In this document: in pieces, positions 25,415-33,748 of the stretch
Numbering within the stretch: position 1 is the first letter of the stretch
Layout: the number at the start of each line of letters is the position of its first letter
Assembly: GCA_026392115.1 (NCBI GenBank)
Contig: JAPLCQ010000064.1
Span: 64,698-128,697, forward strand
Source of the DNA: Armatimonadota bacterium
GTDB taxonomy: Bacteria > Armatimonadota > Chthonomonadetes > Chthonomonadales > CAJBBX01
DNA: 64,000 nucleotides
Reading direction: 5' to 3'
The notes under the pieces: generated by a model
Database searches by the model: none
The model's input: only the letters and a program-made list of their open reading frames with translations
What the model was told of the DNA's origin: nothing
Made by a program: the position numbers and the translations under genes

Positions 25415-26390
25415 CGCGGCATTCCGCGCCGTGGCCAGCTTCGCGGCAAGGAGGCGGATCTGGCTGCTCCTGCTGGCGGTCTGGGGCGTCATGGCGGCCA
25501 CCGCGCCCCACTTCGCCACGGGCCCCAACACCGCCTCCATCCTGAAGGCGGCCGCCACACACCTGCCCGCCGCCATCGGCCTCACGCTGGTGATGGTGGC
25601 CGGACAGCTGGACCTCTCCTTCGGCTCCGGCATGAGCCTGGCAGGCATGGTGACCGTGGCGCTCCAGCCGAAGCTGGGCTGGGCGGGAGCCATGGGCGTG
25701 GCGCTGGCCTGCGGCGCGCTGCTGGGCGCGGTGAACGGGATGCTTGTGGCTCGGGCGCGGGTGAACTCCTTCATCGCCACGCTTGGCACCATGACCATCG
25801 TGCAGGGCATGGTGAACATCCTCTCCCGGGGCGGCACGCTGGCCGTGGAGGAGTTCGCGGCCGGCGACTGGCTGGAGGGACCGTGGCTGTCGGCCCTCTG
25901 CCCACGCGCCGCGTTGGCCGCGCTGCTGGTGGTCGGCTTCGAGTTGCTGCTTCAGCGGACCCGCTGGGGGCGCAACCTGCTGCTCGTGGGCGCCAACGCC
26001 ACCACGGCCAGGTACGCGGGCCTGAACGCGCCGGGCGCCCTGCAGGCGGCCTTCACGCTCTCGGGCCTCCTGGCGGCCTGCGGCGGCGCGCTCTTCGCGG
26101 TAAGCGTCAGTTCGGCCAACCCGCTCATGGGCGAGAGCTCACTCATGGTCGTGATCGCCGCGGTCATCATCGGCGGCACATCCATGCAGGGCGGCCGTGG
26201 AAGCGTGGCGGCCTCGGCGGCGGCGGTCCTGGCGCTGGTCTCGCTCAGCAGCGGCCTCAGCTGCATGGGCGCCAGGCCCGAGGCGCAGATGCTGGCCAGC
26301 GGGCTCGTGCTGGGCGCCAGCGTGCTGTACGACGCCTGGATGGCACGGGCGGCGCGGCTCCGGAAGGGCAGCCGGCACGCGCGGGGGTGA
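25407..26390 (+). CDS. Sugar ABC transporter permease (RbsC/AraH-like), second TMD
   Basis: 327 aa. The start overlaps the upstream stop by 8 bp. Motifs: GQLDLSFGSGMSLAGMV, NSFIATLGTMTIVQG, VVIAAVIIGGTSMQGGRGS. Confidence 0.85.
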   Translation: MHSAAFRAVASFAARRRIWLLLLAVWGVMAATAPHFATGPNTASILKAAATHLPAAIGLTLVMVAGQLDLSFGSGMSLAGMVTVALQPKLGWAGAMGVALACGALLGAVNGMLVARARVNSFIATLGTMTIVQGMVNILSRGGTLAVEEFAAGDWLEGPWLSALCPRAALAALLVVGFELLLQRTRWGRNLLLVGANATTARYAGLNAPGALQAAFTLSGLLAACGGALFAVSVSSANPLMGESSLMVVIAAVIIGGTSMQGGRGSVAASAAAVLALVSLSSGLSCMGARPEAQMLASGLVLGASVLYDAWMARAARLRKGSRHARG

Positions 26391-26439
26391 TGGGGCGGCG
26401 GGGCGGCTGACAACTCCGCCAACCCCATAACGCCGGGGC

Positions 26440-26482
26440 CTTGTGACGCTGTTGACCGTGTTGACGAAGTTGTCAGCGACGG
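26440..26482. repeat. 9-bp-period array (GTGAC/GTTGAC/GTTGAC/GTTGTC)
   Basis: Motif starts are at 26442, 26451, 26460 and 26469. The array lies in the convergent spacer between the ABC permease and vapC. Confidence 0.8.
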
Positions 26483-26543
26483 CCGCGGCACGGTGGTGGC
26501 CCCGGTATCGCGCCCCTGCAGCGGACCATCAGGCAGGCCGCTC

Positions 26544-26981
26544 TCAATCATCCGACGCGTGCGTCAAAGGGTTTGTGTACCTGATGCCGCCGATGGCCGG
26601 GGCGCCTTGTAGGTCGTCGGTGTAGATGACGCCGCAGCCGGCGATTGCCGCTGCTGCGGGAATCTGGGCGTCGTGGTGCGACATCCCGTGCGCGACGCCG
26701 ATACGGACGGCGTCTGCAACGACACCAGCCGTGACATCGACAACCTTGGCCGCGGCGCAGAGCGAGTCGACGTACGATGCCAGGTCCACTGCAACGGAGA
26801 CGTCGGGCAACTTGCCTCGGCGGATCACCGCGCAGAACTCGCTGAGGACCTGGGCGCTGATGACGAGTTCTCCCGCGAGTGACAGTTCACGTATCAGCGC
26901 TTGGGCCAGCGCTCGCTCGCGCGGGTACCGGGCGTCGACGCTGTACAGCAGGATGTTGGTGTCAACGAACGCCTGGGACAT
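26544..26981 (-). CDS. vapC: PIN-domain toxin VapC (apparently intact)
   Basis: The start is the ATG at 26981 (MSQAFVDTNILLYSVD). Acidic PIN residues and SAQVLSEF and HHDAQI blocks are present. 145 aa. It overlaps the upstream antitoxin by 20 bp. Confidence 0.8.
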   Translation of the reverse strand: MSQAFVDTNILLYSVDARYPRERALAQALIRELSLAGELVISAQVLSEFCAVIRRGKLPDVSVAVDLASYVDSLCAAAKVVDVTAGVVADAVRIGVAHGMSHHDAQIPAAAAIAGCGVIYTDDLQGAPAIGGIRYTNPLTHASDD

Positions 26982-27207
26982 AGCGTTCCTCGCGCTCCGA
27001 GTGGAGGGCTTGTCGCGTCGGGTAGGCGCCGATGGGCACGGGCAGGCCGCGCCGCATCGCAGCATCGAGCGCGTCCGAGGCAGTTCGCCGTTGCTCGGGT
27101 GTCGGCATCGGTTCGATGGTAACGGTCACTCGTTGCCCGTTGAGTTCGCGAAGCAACCGGTCGAGCACGATACGCCCGTTACGAACCTCGCCCACCATTG
27201 TTGTCAT
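26962..27207 (-). CDS. Putative antitoxin partner of VapC
   Basis: 81 aa from the ATG at 27207 (GGAGGAG upstream). The N-terminus MTTMVGEVRNGRIVLD is a swapped-hairpin-like beta motif. The call rests on position and overlap with vapC. Confidence 0.55.
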   Translation of the reverse strand: MTTMVGEVRNGRIVLDRLLRELNGQRVTVTIEPMPTPEQRRTASDALDAAMRRGLPVPIGAYPTRQALHSEREERYVPGVR

Positions 27208-27253
27208 GGGTCTCTCCTCCACACGCCATTGTGCTACCACCCGCCGGCGCGCC

Positions 27254-30200
27254 TCACCTTCCCGCCTCCGCTGCGATCTCCTCCGGCGTCAGGGCGAAGG
27301 CGTAGAGGCGCAGGTCGCGCAGCAGGCCCTTGAACTGGTACATCTCCTCGCGGAGGTGGTAGTTGCCGACATACAGCGGGCCGGGCCATGGGCGGAAGTC
27401 GACCACCGGCGCCGGGCGGCTGCCCGCCTCCTTGCCGTCGATGAAGACGCGCATCCTGGCGCCGTCGTAGGTGCAAGCCACGCGATACCAGCGGTCCGCC
27501 TCGATGCGGCCGGCGTCCATGACGTTGTCGCCGCCCAGCGAGAAGCGGAGGCCCTGCGCCAGGATCTGGACGAACCAGCCCTGCTTGGCGAACTCGCCGC
27601 AGCTGGCCAGCACCGGGATGGCGTCAACTGATGCGGCCTTGAAGCGCATGGAGACACTAAACTCGCCCTCGAGCGCGAAGTCGGGCCTGTTGGCGTAGGC
27701 GACCCACCCGCCTGACCGCGTCTGTAGGCCCTCATCGGTCAGGGCCGCGGGCGGCTGCAGCGTCCCGCCCGGCGCCTCGCCGATGAGCCGCGCCTCGAAA
27801 GCCGGGCCCGTAGGCCGCTCAAGGGCGACCACCCGAACCGGCTCCGAGCGCCCGCCCTCGCGCCCGCCCCGGTCGACCACCGACACGGTGTAGGCGTACT
27901 CGCGCCGCGCGACGACCCTCGTGTCGAGGAAGAGCGTCGCCGGGATGGGCTCCGGCGTGATGCAGACCGCCTCGCCGCCCGCTTCGGAGCGGTAGACGCG
28001 ATAGCCCCGCACGCGCCCCTGGGCTGGAGCCCACGTGACCCGGACCTTTCCGGCGCCTGGCATGGCCTCCATGCCGGCGGGCGCGGGCCTGGGCGCTGCC
28101 GTGGGTACGGTGACGGAAACCGCAGCCGCCGGGCCGCGCTTGCCTGCGAACACTTCGGCAACCTCGTACCGCACGTCCGCGCCAGCGACCGTGTCGACGT
28201 CGCACAGCTCGCCTAGGGCCGTGCGGACCGTGGCGCCTCCCGGCCAGGGCGGCGTACGGGTCACTTCGCACATGGCGCCGGGCGTGGCGGCCTCCCATGC
28301 CAGTCGTACCTCGTAGTCCGGCGCGGCCGCGGCGGTCAGATTCCGCACGGGCGCGCGCTTCCGCGCCGCCGGCGGGGCGAACGGGCGTACGCGTGGGATG
28401 GTCACGGCCGAGGCGGTCCAGACCTGCGACGCGGCGATGGCCCTGCCCGCGCCGTCGACCGCCTCAACCACGTACTCGATGCCGTCGAGGCCCACCGCCG
28501 AGGCGGGGATATCCCCGGTCCAGGTCCTGGCGTGGCTGTTCGACATGGGCGCGGTGCGCCAGACCTCGGAACCGCCCGCCCGGTACCGGATGCGGAGGCC
28601 CGCGGCCTTGCCATGCAGATTCGCCTCCACGGCCACGGGCTTGCGGGGCTCCACCAGGCCCGCGGGCGTCTGCATCTGGATGCGGGCAACCGCAGGCTCG
28701 GGCAGGCCGCGCTCCTCGAGTCCCGGATCGCCGCCTGCCGCCCGCAGGCGCGCCGCGATCCGTCGGTAGGCCGCGTAGGCCTTCACGTTGATGGTGGCCA
28801 GCGCGCCCCACTCGCCTCGAGTGCTGATCTTCCGTGCGAAGGCCTGCATGGCCCGACCGAGCGGCGCAGCTCGGAACGCCGCGCCGGCCTCGGCCGCAGC
28901 CGAGGCGCAGGCAGCAGCGTTCCCCGTGCGGTTGGCCTCCTCCGCGCGGTTCAGGGCGGCGTCCACGGGACCGCCGGGCCGCAGGGCCGCGGCAGCCTCA
29001 TCGTAGGTCACCAGCCAGTCGACGGTGGCGAGGAGCCAGTCGATGCGCTCCAGACCGGCCGTCTCGCCGGCGGCGACCATGCCGCGGCGTACGCGGTCGA
29101 TGCGGCTGCGCAGCGCCGCCAGCTTGGCGAGGTTGCCCGGCAGCGGCAGCCGCCCCTCGCTGAACCACTCAAAGCCGCCGCACTCGACCTGCCCCGGCGC
29201 GCCGGTCCATCGCGGCCCCAGCGCCTCCAACTCGCGGTGGATGGAGCTCATCTCGACCGCCCAGTTCGGGCCGTAGCAGGCGTGCGCGAAGCGGTCGAAG
29301 AAGCCCTCGTAGGTGAGGCTCGTGTCCCAGGCGAAGCGGGCCTGCAGCGCGGCGGCCTCCTCCACGTCGCGGGTGCGCCAGTGGATCGCCAGCATGCCCT
29401 GGCAGCCCTTCTTCAGCACGTCCCGGCAGAGGGGCAGGAAGGGCGCGGCGTTGGTCTGCGGACCCCACTGGTCGCGCCGCGAGTAGCCTCCGTCGGACTC
29501 CCACCAGGGGATGGGCCACCTCTCGCGGCCGGGGCTGAGGTTGCCGTAGGCGTCGGCCACCGTCGTGGCCATGCTCGGGTCGATATTGTCCAGCGCGGCG
29601 AAGATGACCTCCTGCGGCAGCGTCTTGTCGAGGCCCAGGTAGAAGTCGCTGAAGCGCATCCACTTGTCGCCGCCCCATCCGCTGACGGCCATCCGGACCC
29701 TCGGGGCCAGGCGGCGCAGGATGCCGTGGGCCAGCCGCGAGTAGAGCATGACGCGCACCGCCTCGTGGATGCGGGCCGGGTTCTCCAGGTAGGCGAAGGC
29801 GCCGCCGTGGCGCGCCACCGCCAGTTCCATGGGCGAGCCCGGTGCCGCGATGTCCGACCCGCCGCCCAGGCCCTCCGACTGCCAGATCCAGACGACATCG
29901 AGCATGGGGTAGGCCTTCAGGAGCGCCGTGAGCCGCGCCTCCAGCCGCGCCTGGGCGTCGGGATGGGTCGGGTCGCCGGTCACCTCGAAGCCGACGCAGA
30001 CCTTCAGCCCCCGCGAACGGGCGTAGGTGAGGCCTTCGGCCAGGAGCGCCTGCTGGCGACCGATCTGCTGCTCGCGGGAGCCGGGCTGAGTGGCCGGCTT
30101 GGAGCCGAACTCGGGACCGGTGAATACCTCCCCGGTGCCGAAGCCGAAGTCGCGCGTGGCCAGCCCCTCCACCGTGCCCCAACCGTAGTTGTGCGCGGTG

Positions 30201-30886
30201 ACCAGCGGCTAGCCGCCGATCAGCTTGCCGCCGAACTCGTAGGCACAGAAGGGCTCTGAGTCGTAGCTGTGGAAGCCCACGAAGTTCATCCGCATCCGGG
30301 CCATCTGGTCGAAGAAGAAGCGGAAGTCGTCGCGGTCCCACGTGGTGGGGCTGTCGAGGAAGTTGTACCAGGGGAGGCTCCCGCGCACCTTCAGGGCGGG
30401 CCGCTCCACGAGCGACAGCCCCTCCGGCAGCCGCGCCGGGCCGGCGCCGGCAAGCGCGTCGCCGCCGAGGAAGAAGCCCACGCCCAGCCGCTCCAGAAGC
30501 CCGTAAGCCGCCCATAGCACGCCCCGAGGCGTGGAGGCGGCCAGAGTGACCCGTCCCGGCCGCGTGTGGAGCAGGTAGCCTTCGTCGCCCAGCGTGCCTG
30601 CTGTCTTCGTCGCGGCGATGAGGCGCGCCACGTCGCTGCTGGAGTGCGGGGTGCCCAGCACGAGGCGCGTCCCGGCGCCCTGCGCCTGCGGCACGATGCG
30701 GCAGCGCCCGGCGCCCATCAGCCCCAGGTAGCGTTGTAGTTCGCGGGCGGCCAGGGCCTCGAGCCGGTCGGTCCCGGAGCCCAGCACGATCTCGGCCCGG
30801 GTCAGATCCACGTCGGCGCCTGCGGCTGCCGCGCGTCCGGCCAAACAGAGCGCGGCGACCGCCGCGACCAACATCCACAAACGCAT
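27254..30886 (-). pseudogene. Large secreted glycoside-hydrolase-like protein (GH20b/alpha-glucuronidase-type N-domain, TIM-barrel-like core, Fn3-like repeats, C-terminal LamG) interrupted by one in-frame TAG
   Basis: Track ORFs 30209..30922 and 27254..30172 are in the same frame. The reading is ...YEFGGKLIGG-TAG(30209-30211)-PLVTAHNYGWGTVEGLATRDFGFG... The signal peptide is MRLWMLVAAVAALCLAGRAAAAG (ATG at 30886). The N-domain motif is GVLWAAYGLLERLGVGFF. The C-terminus is LamG-like (WYRVACTYDGARMRVFIDG). The combined frame is 1,222 codons from ORF-track start 30922, or 1,210 from the annotated ATG at 30886. Confidence 0.7.
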
Positions 30887-30997
30887 GGCACGCCCCCAAT
30901 CCCACGGAAGTGGGCCTACCATTCGCGGTCCGGCGCCGATTCTCCTTGCGGCAGGGGAACCGGTCGAAGGGCATCCGCGAAGCGCGCCGCCGGGTTC

Positions 30998-31963
30998 CTA
31001 CATCAGGGCGGTCATCTCCTCCAGCTTGTCGGCCTTAAGGATCGCCACCAGCAGCGCGTCCAGCCGCTCGGGGTCACTGATGCCCTGGATGCGCGCCGTG
31101 ACATGCTCAGGCAGTTCGCCGAGCTTGCTGCGCATCTGTGCCAGCAGGGACCGGCGCTGGCCCGCGAGCAGGCCCTCGGCGATGCCCCTCTCGATGCCCT
31201 CCGCGATGCCCTCCGCGATGCCCTTCTCGATCCCCTGTTCGATGCCCTTCTCGATGCCCTTCTGTTCGAAGATGTTCACCATGCTGGTTACCTCTGTGTC
31301 GGGCCGCATCGCGGCGAGTTGCGCGAAGACGGCTTCCTGCTCGTCCGACAATACCATATACGCGCCCACGACGCCCGCCAGGATGTATCGCCGCGCTTCG
31401 TTGGTTTGGGCTGCCGCAACGGCTCGGAGCGCCTCCAGCTTGTGCTGGGCCGGCTCCAGCTGTCCCGGCCGCATCAGGGCGCTGACGGCCGGCGCCAGCA
31501 GGTTCGCCGAGTTCAGGAACTGCGCCGCCTCGAAACTCGGAAGCGCTACCGCCCAGTAGCGCAGCGTGCAGTAGGTGTCGCCGAACAGTTCTTCACGGTA
31601 GGTCTCGAGCGCCAGGCCCGCGCGTCCCGGCGCCAGGTAGAGCACGATCGGCAGCACCGGCAGCTTCTTCCGGAAGCGCAGAAGGCAGTAGTACTCCCAC
31701 ATGCGCCGGTCCATCTCCGGGTCGCGGCCGCTCTGCACCTCCACGTGGATCGCGATCAGCTCGCGCTGGCCGTCGCGGCAGGCGACCTCGGCGACCAGGT
31801 CGGGCCTTCGAACATCACCGGTGGGCGGGTCGGCAAAGAGCTCAGGATTGCTGAACTCCACCGTCGATAGGTCGATCTGCTCGGCGATGCGCGGGAAGAA
31901 GAGCTCCATGAACTCGCCGAAGAATTCCGTAAGCACTTCCTTCCAGATCTGGTCGTGGTCCAC
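30998..31963 (-). CDS. Rpn-family recombination-promoting nuclease / PD-(D/E)XK putative transposase with DUF4351-like tail, copy 1
   Basis: 321 aa. Motifs DHDQIWKEVLTEFFGEFMELFFP, PDLVAEV and IAIHVEVQSGRD (D...E-x-Q nuclease motif) are present. The C-terminal low-complexity peptide is GIEKGIEQGIEKGIAEGIAEGIERGIAEG, followed by LPEHVTARIQGISDPERLDAL. Confidence 0.8.
   Translation of the reverse strand: MDHDQIWKEVLTEFFGEFMELFFPRIAEQIDLSTVEFSNPELFADPPTGDVRRPDLVAEVACRDGQRELIAIHVEVQSGRDPEMDRRMWEYYCLLRFRKKLPVLPIVLYLAPGRAGLALETYREELFGDTYCTLRYWAVALPSFEAAQFLNSANLLAPAVSALMRPGQLEPAQHKLEALRAVAAAQTNEARRYILAGVVGAYMVLSDEQEAVFAQLAAMRPDTEVTSMVNIFEQKGIEKGIEQGIEKGIAEGIAEGIERGIAEGLLAGQRRSLLAQMRSKLGELPEHVTARIQGISDPERLDALLVAILKADKLEEMTALM
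31175..31270. repeat. 12-bp tandem repeat (about 8 units) inside the Rpn copy 1 coding sequence
   Basis: The plus-strand units CTCGGCGATGCC / CCTCTCGATGCC / CTCCGCGATGCC x2 / CTTCTCGATCCC / CTGTTCGATGCC / CTTCTCGATGCC encode the (G-I-E/A-x)n peptide. Confidence 0.85.
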
Positions 31964-32035
31964 TCAGCGCCTCCAACGCCCTTCGGTGGTGCAACGGCTC
32001 AGTGTACACCGATGGGCGGCCCACGCGCCGCCATG

Positions 32036-32086
32036 CAGGCGTTCGGGGCCTCCGCGTCGAACAGTGTGCGCGGCCCCGAACGCCGG
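32036..32086. promoter_or_regulatory. Inverted repeat (candidate operator or RNA hairpin) upstream of the sugar-binding-protein gene
   Basis: GCGTTCGGGGCC (32039-32050) is the exact reverse complement of GGCCCCGAACGC (32072-32083). The match extends to 15 bp with one mismatch, with a 21-nt spacer. It lies about 70 bp upstream of the ATG at 32154. Confidence 0.3.
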
Positions 32087-32153
32087 GAGCCGGTGTGCCG
32101 TAGGTTGGGGTGATGCGCGCGGGCAAGCCGCCTGCGCCGTGCGGGAGGATACG

Positions 32154-33329
32154 ATGAGATCAGTGACGATGGCGATGGCCGCCGTGGCGGCCCTGGCGCT
32201 CCTGGCGGGATGCAACGGCAAGGGCGGCGACAAGCCCCCGGCGCCGACCCCGGCCGGGCCGAAGGTGGATGTCTCCACGCTCAAGTCGGGTGACGGGCAG
32301 CCGCTCGTCATCGTCGACACCGCGCCGCTCACGCCGCCCGCGCGGCCGGTCGACCCCAAGGCGCTGCCCGAGGATGACGCCCTGCACTGGTACGACATCG
32401 AGTACGCCGGTTGGAAGTCGGACAAGCTGCCGCAGCCCGAGCCGCCCGCCGGAGGGGCACGGGGTAAGCGCGTCCTCTGCCTCCGCTTCATGGACCACCC
32501 CTACCTGACCGCCTACACCAAGGGCATGCAGAAGGTGGCCGACGCCTACGGTATCGAGCTGAAGACGCTGGTGGCGAACAACGACATCAACCTCCAGTCG
32601 CAGCAGGTGGATCAGGCCATCAACGAGCGGCCCGACCTGGTTATCATCCTGCCCGTGGACGCCACCGCCGTGGTGCCGCTCCTGCGCAAGCTCCACCAGG
32701 CCAAGATTCCGGTCATCGCCAGCAACCTCATCCCCATCGACGACGGGATGAAGTACCTGCTCACCTGGACCGGACCCGACGACTGGGGCCAGTTCCGCAT
32801 GCTCGCCAAGAAGTTCGCCGAGCTGATGAACTACGAGGGCGGCTACTGCATCGTGCGGCACATGCCCGGCAGCTCCCCCTTCTTCTCGCGCACCTTCGCC
32901 ATCACCAGCGAGCTGAAGAAGATCGCGCCGAAGATGAAGTGCCTCGACATGCAGGCCACCAAGCTGCAGGCCGAGCCCACCATGCAGGCCGTCTCGGACT
33001 GGATCACGCGGTTCGGCAAGGAGCTCAAGGGCATCGTCAGCGCCGACGACTCCGGCGCGCAGATCGGCATCAACGAGGCGATCAAGGCCGCCAAGCGTGA
33101 CGACATCATCCGCGTGGCGGCGGGCAACAGCAAGGTGGGGATGGACTTCGTGAAGGCGGGCAAGCTCAACGCCATCACCTACCAGTCCGCCGAGGCCGAC
33201 GGCGCCCTGCCCATGAGCCTCGCCGCCGACTGGCTCAACGGCAAGAAGATCGACAAGCCGGTCTACTATCTGCCCAAGCGGGTCATCACCAAGGACGAAG
33301 TCGGCCGGTACATGCCCGCGCAGTGGTAG
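32154..33329 (+). CDS. Sugar ABC transporter substrate-binding lipoprotein (periplasmic-binding-protein type I, RbsB/RhaS-like) with a Pro-rich N-terminal extension
   Basis: The start is the ATG at 32154 (GGGAGGA upstream). A lipobox is present (ALALLAGC). PBP-I blocks include PDLVIILPVDATAVVPLLRKLHQAKIPVIASN, GIVSADDSGAQIG and NAITYQSAEADG. Confidence 0.85.
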   Translation: MRSVTMAMAAVAALALLAGCNGKGGDKPPAPTPAGPKVDVSTLKSGDGQPLVIVDTAPLTPPARPVDPKALPEDDALHWYDIEYAGWKSDKLPQPEPPAGGARGKRVLCLRFMDHPYLTAYTKGMQKVADAYGIELKTLVANNDINLQSQQVDQAINERPDLVIILPVDATAVVPLLRKLHQAKIPVIASNLIPIDDGMKYLLTWTGPDDWGQFRMLAKKFAELMNYEGGYCIVRHMPGSSPFFSRTFAITSELKKIAPKMKCLDMQATKLQAEPTMQAVSDWITRFGKELKGIVSADDSGAQIGINEAIKAAKRDDIIRVAAGNSKVGMDFVKAGKLNAITYQSAEADGALPMSLAADWLNGKKIDKPVYYLPKRVITKDEVGRYMPAQW

Positions 33330-33336
33330 GAGGGCT

Positions 33337-33383
33337 AGTCCAAAGTCTAAAGTCTAAAGTCTAAAGTCACAAGTCTAAAGTCC
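33337..33383 (+). repeat. Heptanucleotide tandem repeat AGTCTAA (about 6.7 units)
   Basis: AGTCCAA AGTCTAA AGTCTAA AGTCTAA AGTCACA AGTCTAA AGTCC. It starts 8 nt after the binding-protein stop and ends about 8 nt before the GGAGG of rhaM. It is an AT-rich island in a GC-rich genome. Confidence 0.9.
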
Positions 33384-33402
33384 GGGGCGGGGAGGTGTGG
33401 GT

Positions 33403-33726
33403 GTGAGGCGATACGGACAGGTGTTGAGGCTGCGTGAGGGGGCCTTGGAGCGGTACTCGGAGCTGCATCGGGCGGTCTGGCCCACGGTGCTGGCGAAGAT
33501 CGCCGAGTGCGGCATCCGCAACTACACCATCTACCACAAGGACGGCTGGCTCTTCGCCACGTTCGAGTACCACGGCGACGACTTCGACGGCGACATGGCC
33601 GCCATGGCCGCCGACCCGGAGACCCAGCGCTGGTGGGCCGAGTGCAAGCCCCTGCAGGAGCCCCTGCCCACCCGCAACGAGGGCGAGTGGTGGGCCGGCA
33701 TGGAGGAGCTTTTCCACTGCGATTGA
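33403..33726 (+). CDS. rhaM: L-rhamnose mutarotase
   Basis: (M)RRYGQVLRLREGALERYSELHRAVWPTVLAKIAECGIRNYTIYHKDGWLFATFEYHG.DF matches the RhaM family. The likely start is the GTG at 33403, 7 nt after GGAGG. The track start at 33397 is also a GTG. Confidence 0.85.
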   Translation: MRRYGQVLRLREGALERYSELHRAVWPTVLAKIAECGIRNYTIYHKDGWLFATFEYHGDDFDGDMAAMAADPETQRWWAECKPLQEPLPTRNEGEWWAGMEELFHCD

Positions 33727-33748
33727 GGCCGGGTGTAGGAGGGCATAG

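Noticed and set aside
22649-25837. 1062-aa minus-strand ORF
   Set aside because: It is entirely antisense to the ABC ATPase/permease genes, whose Walker and signature motifs are unambiguous. Its composition is low-complexity Arg/Gly/Pro/Ala.
30209-30211. The in-frame TAG as pyrrolysine or a reassigned codon
   Set aside because: TAG is used as an ordinary stop by several confident genes in the window, for example at 15914, 16389, 25412, 33327, 40114 and 40226. No pyl genes are visible. A nonsense mutation, a sequencing error or low-level read-through are the simpler explanations.
33337-33383. The short tandem repeat tracts (7-, 9-, 12- and 13-bp units) as CRISPR arrays
   Set aside because: The units are far shorter than CRISPR repeats and are directly adjacent with no unique spacers. 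No cas genes are present.
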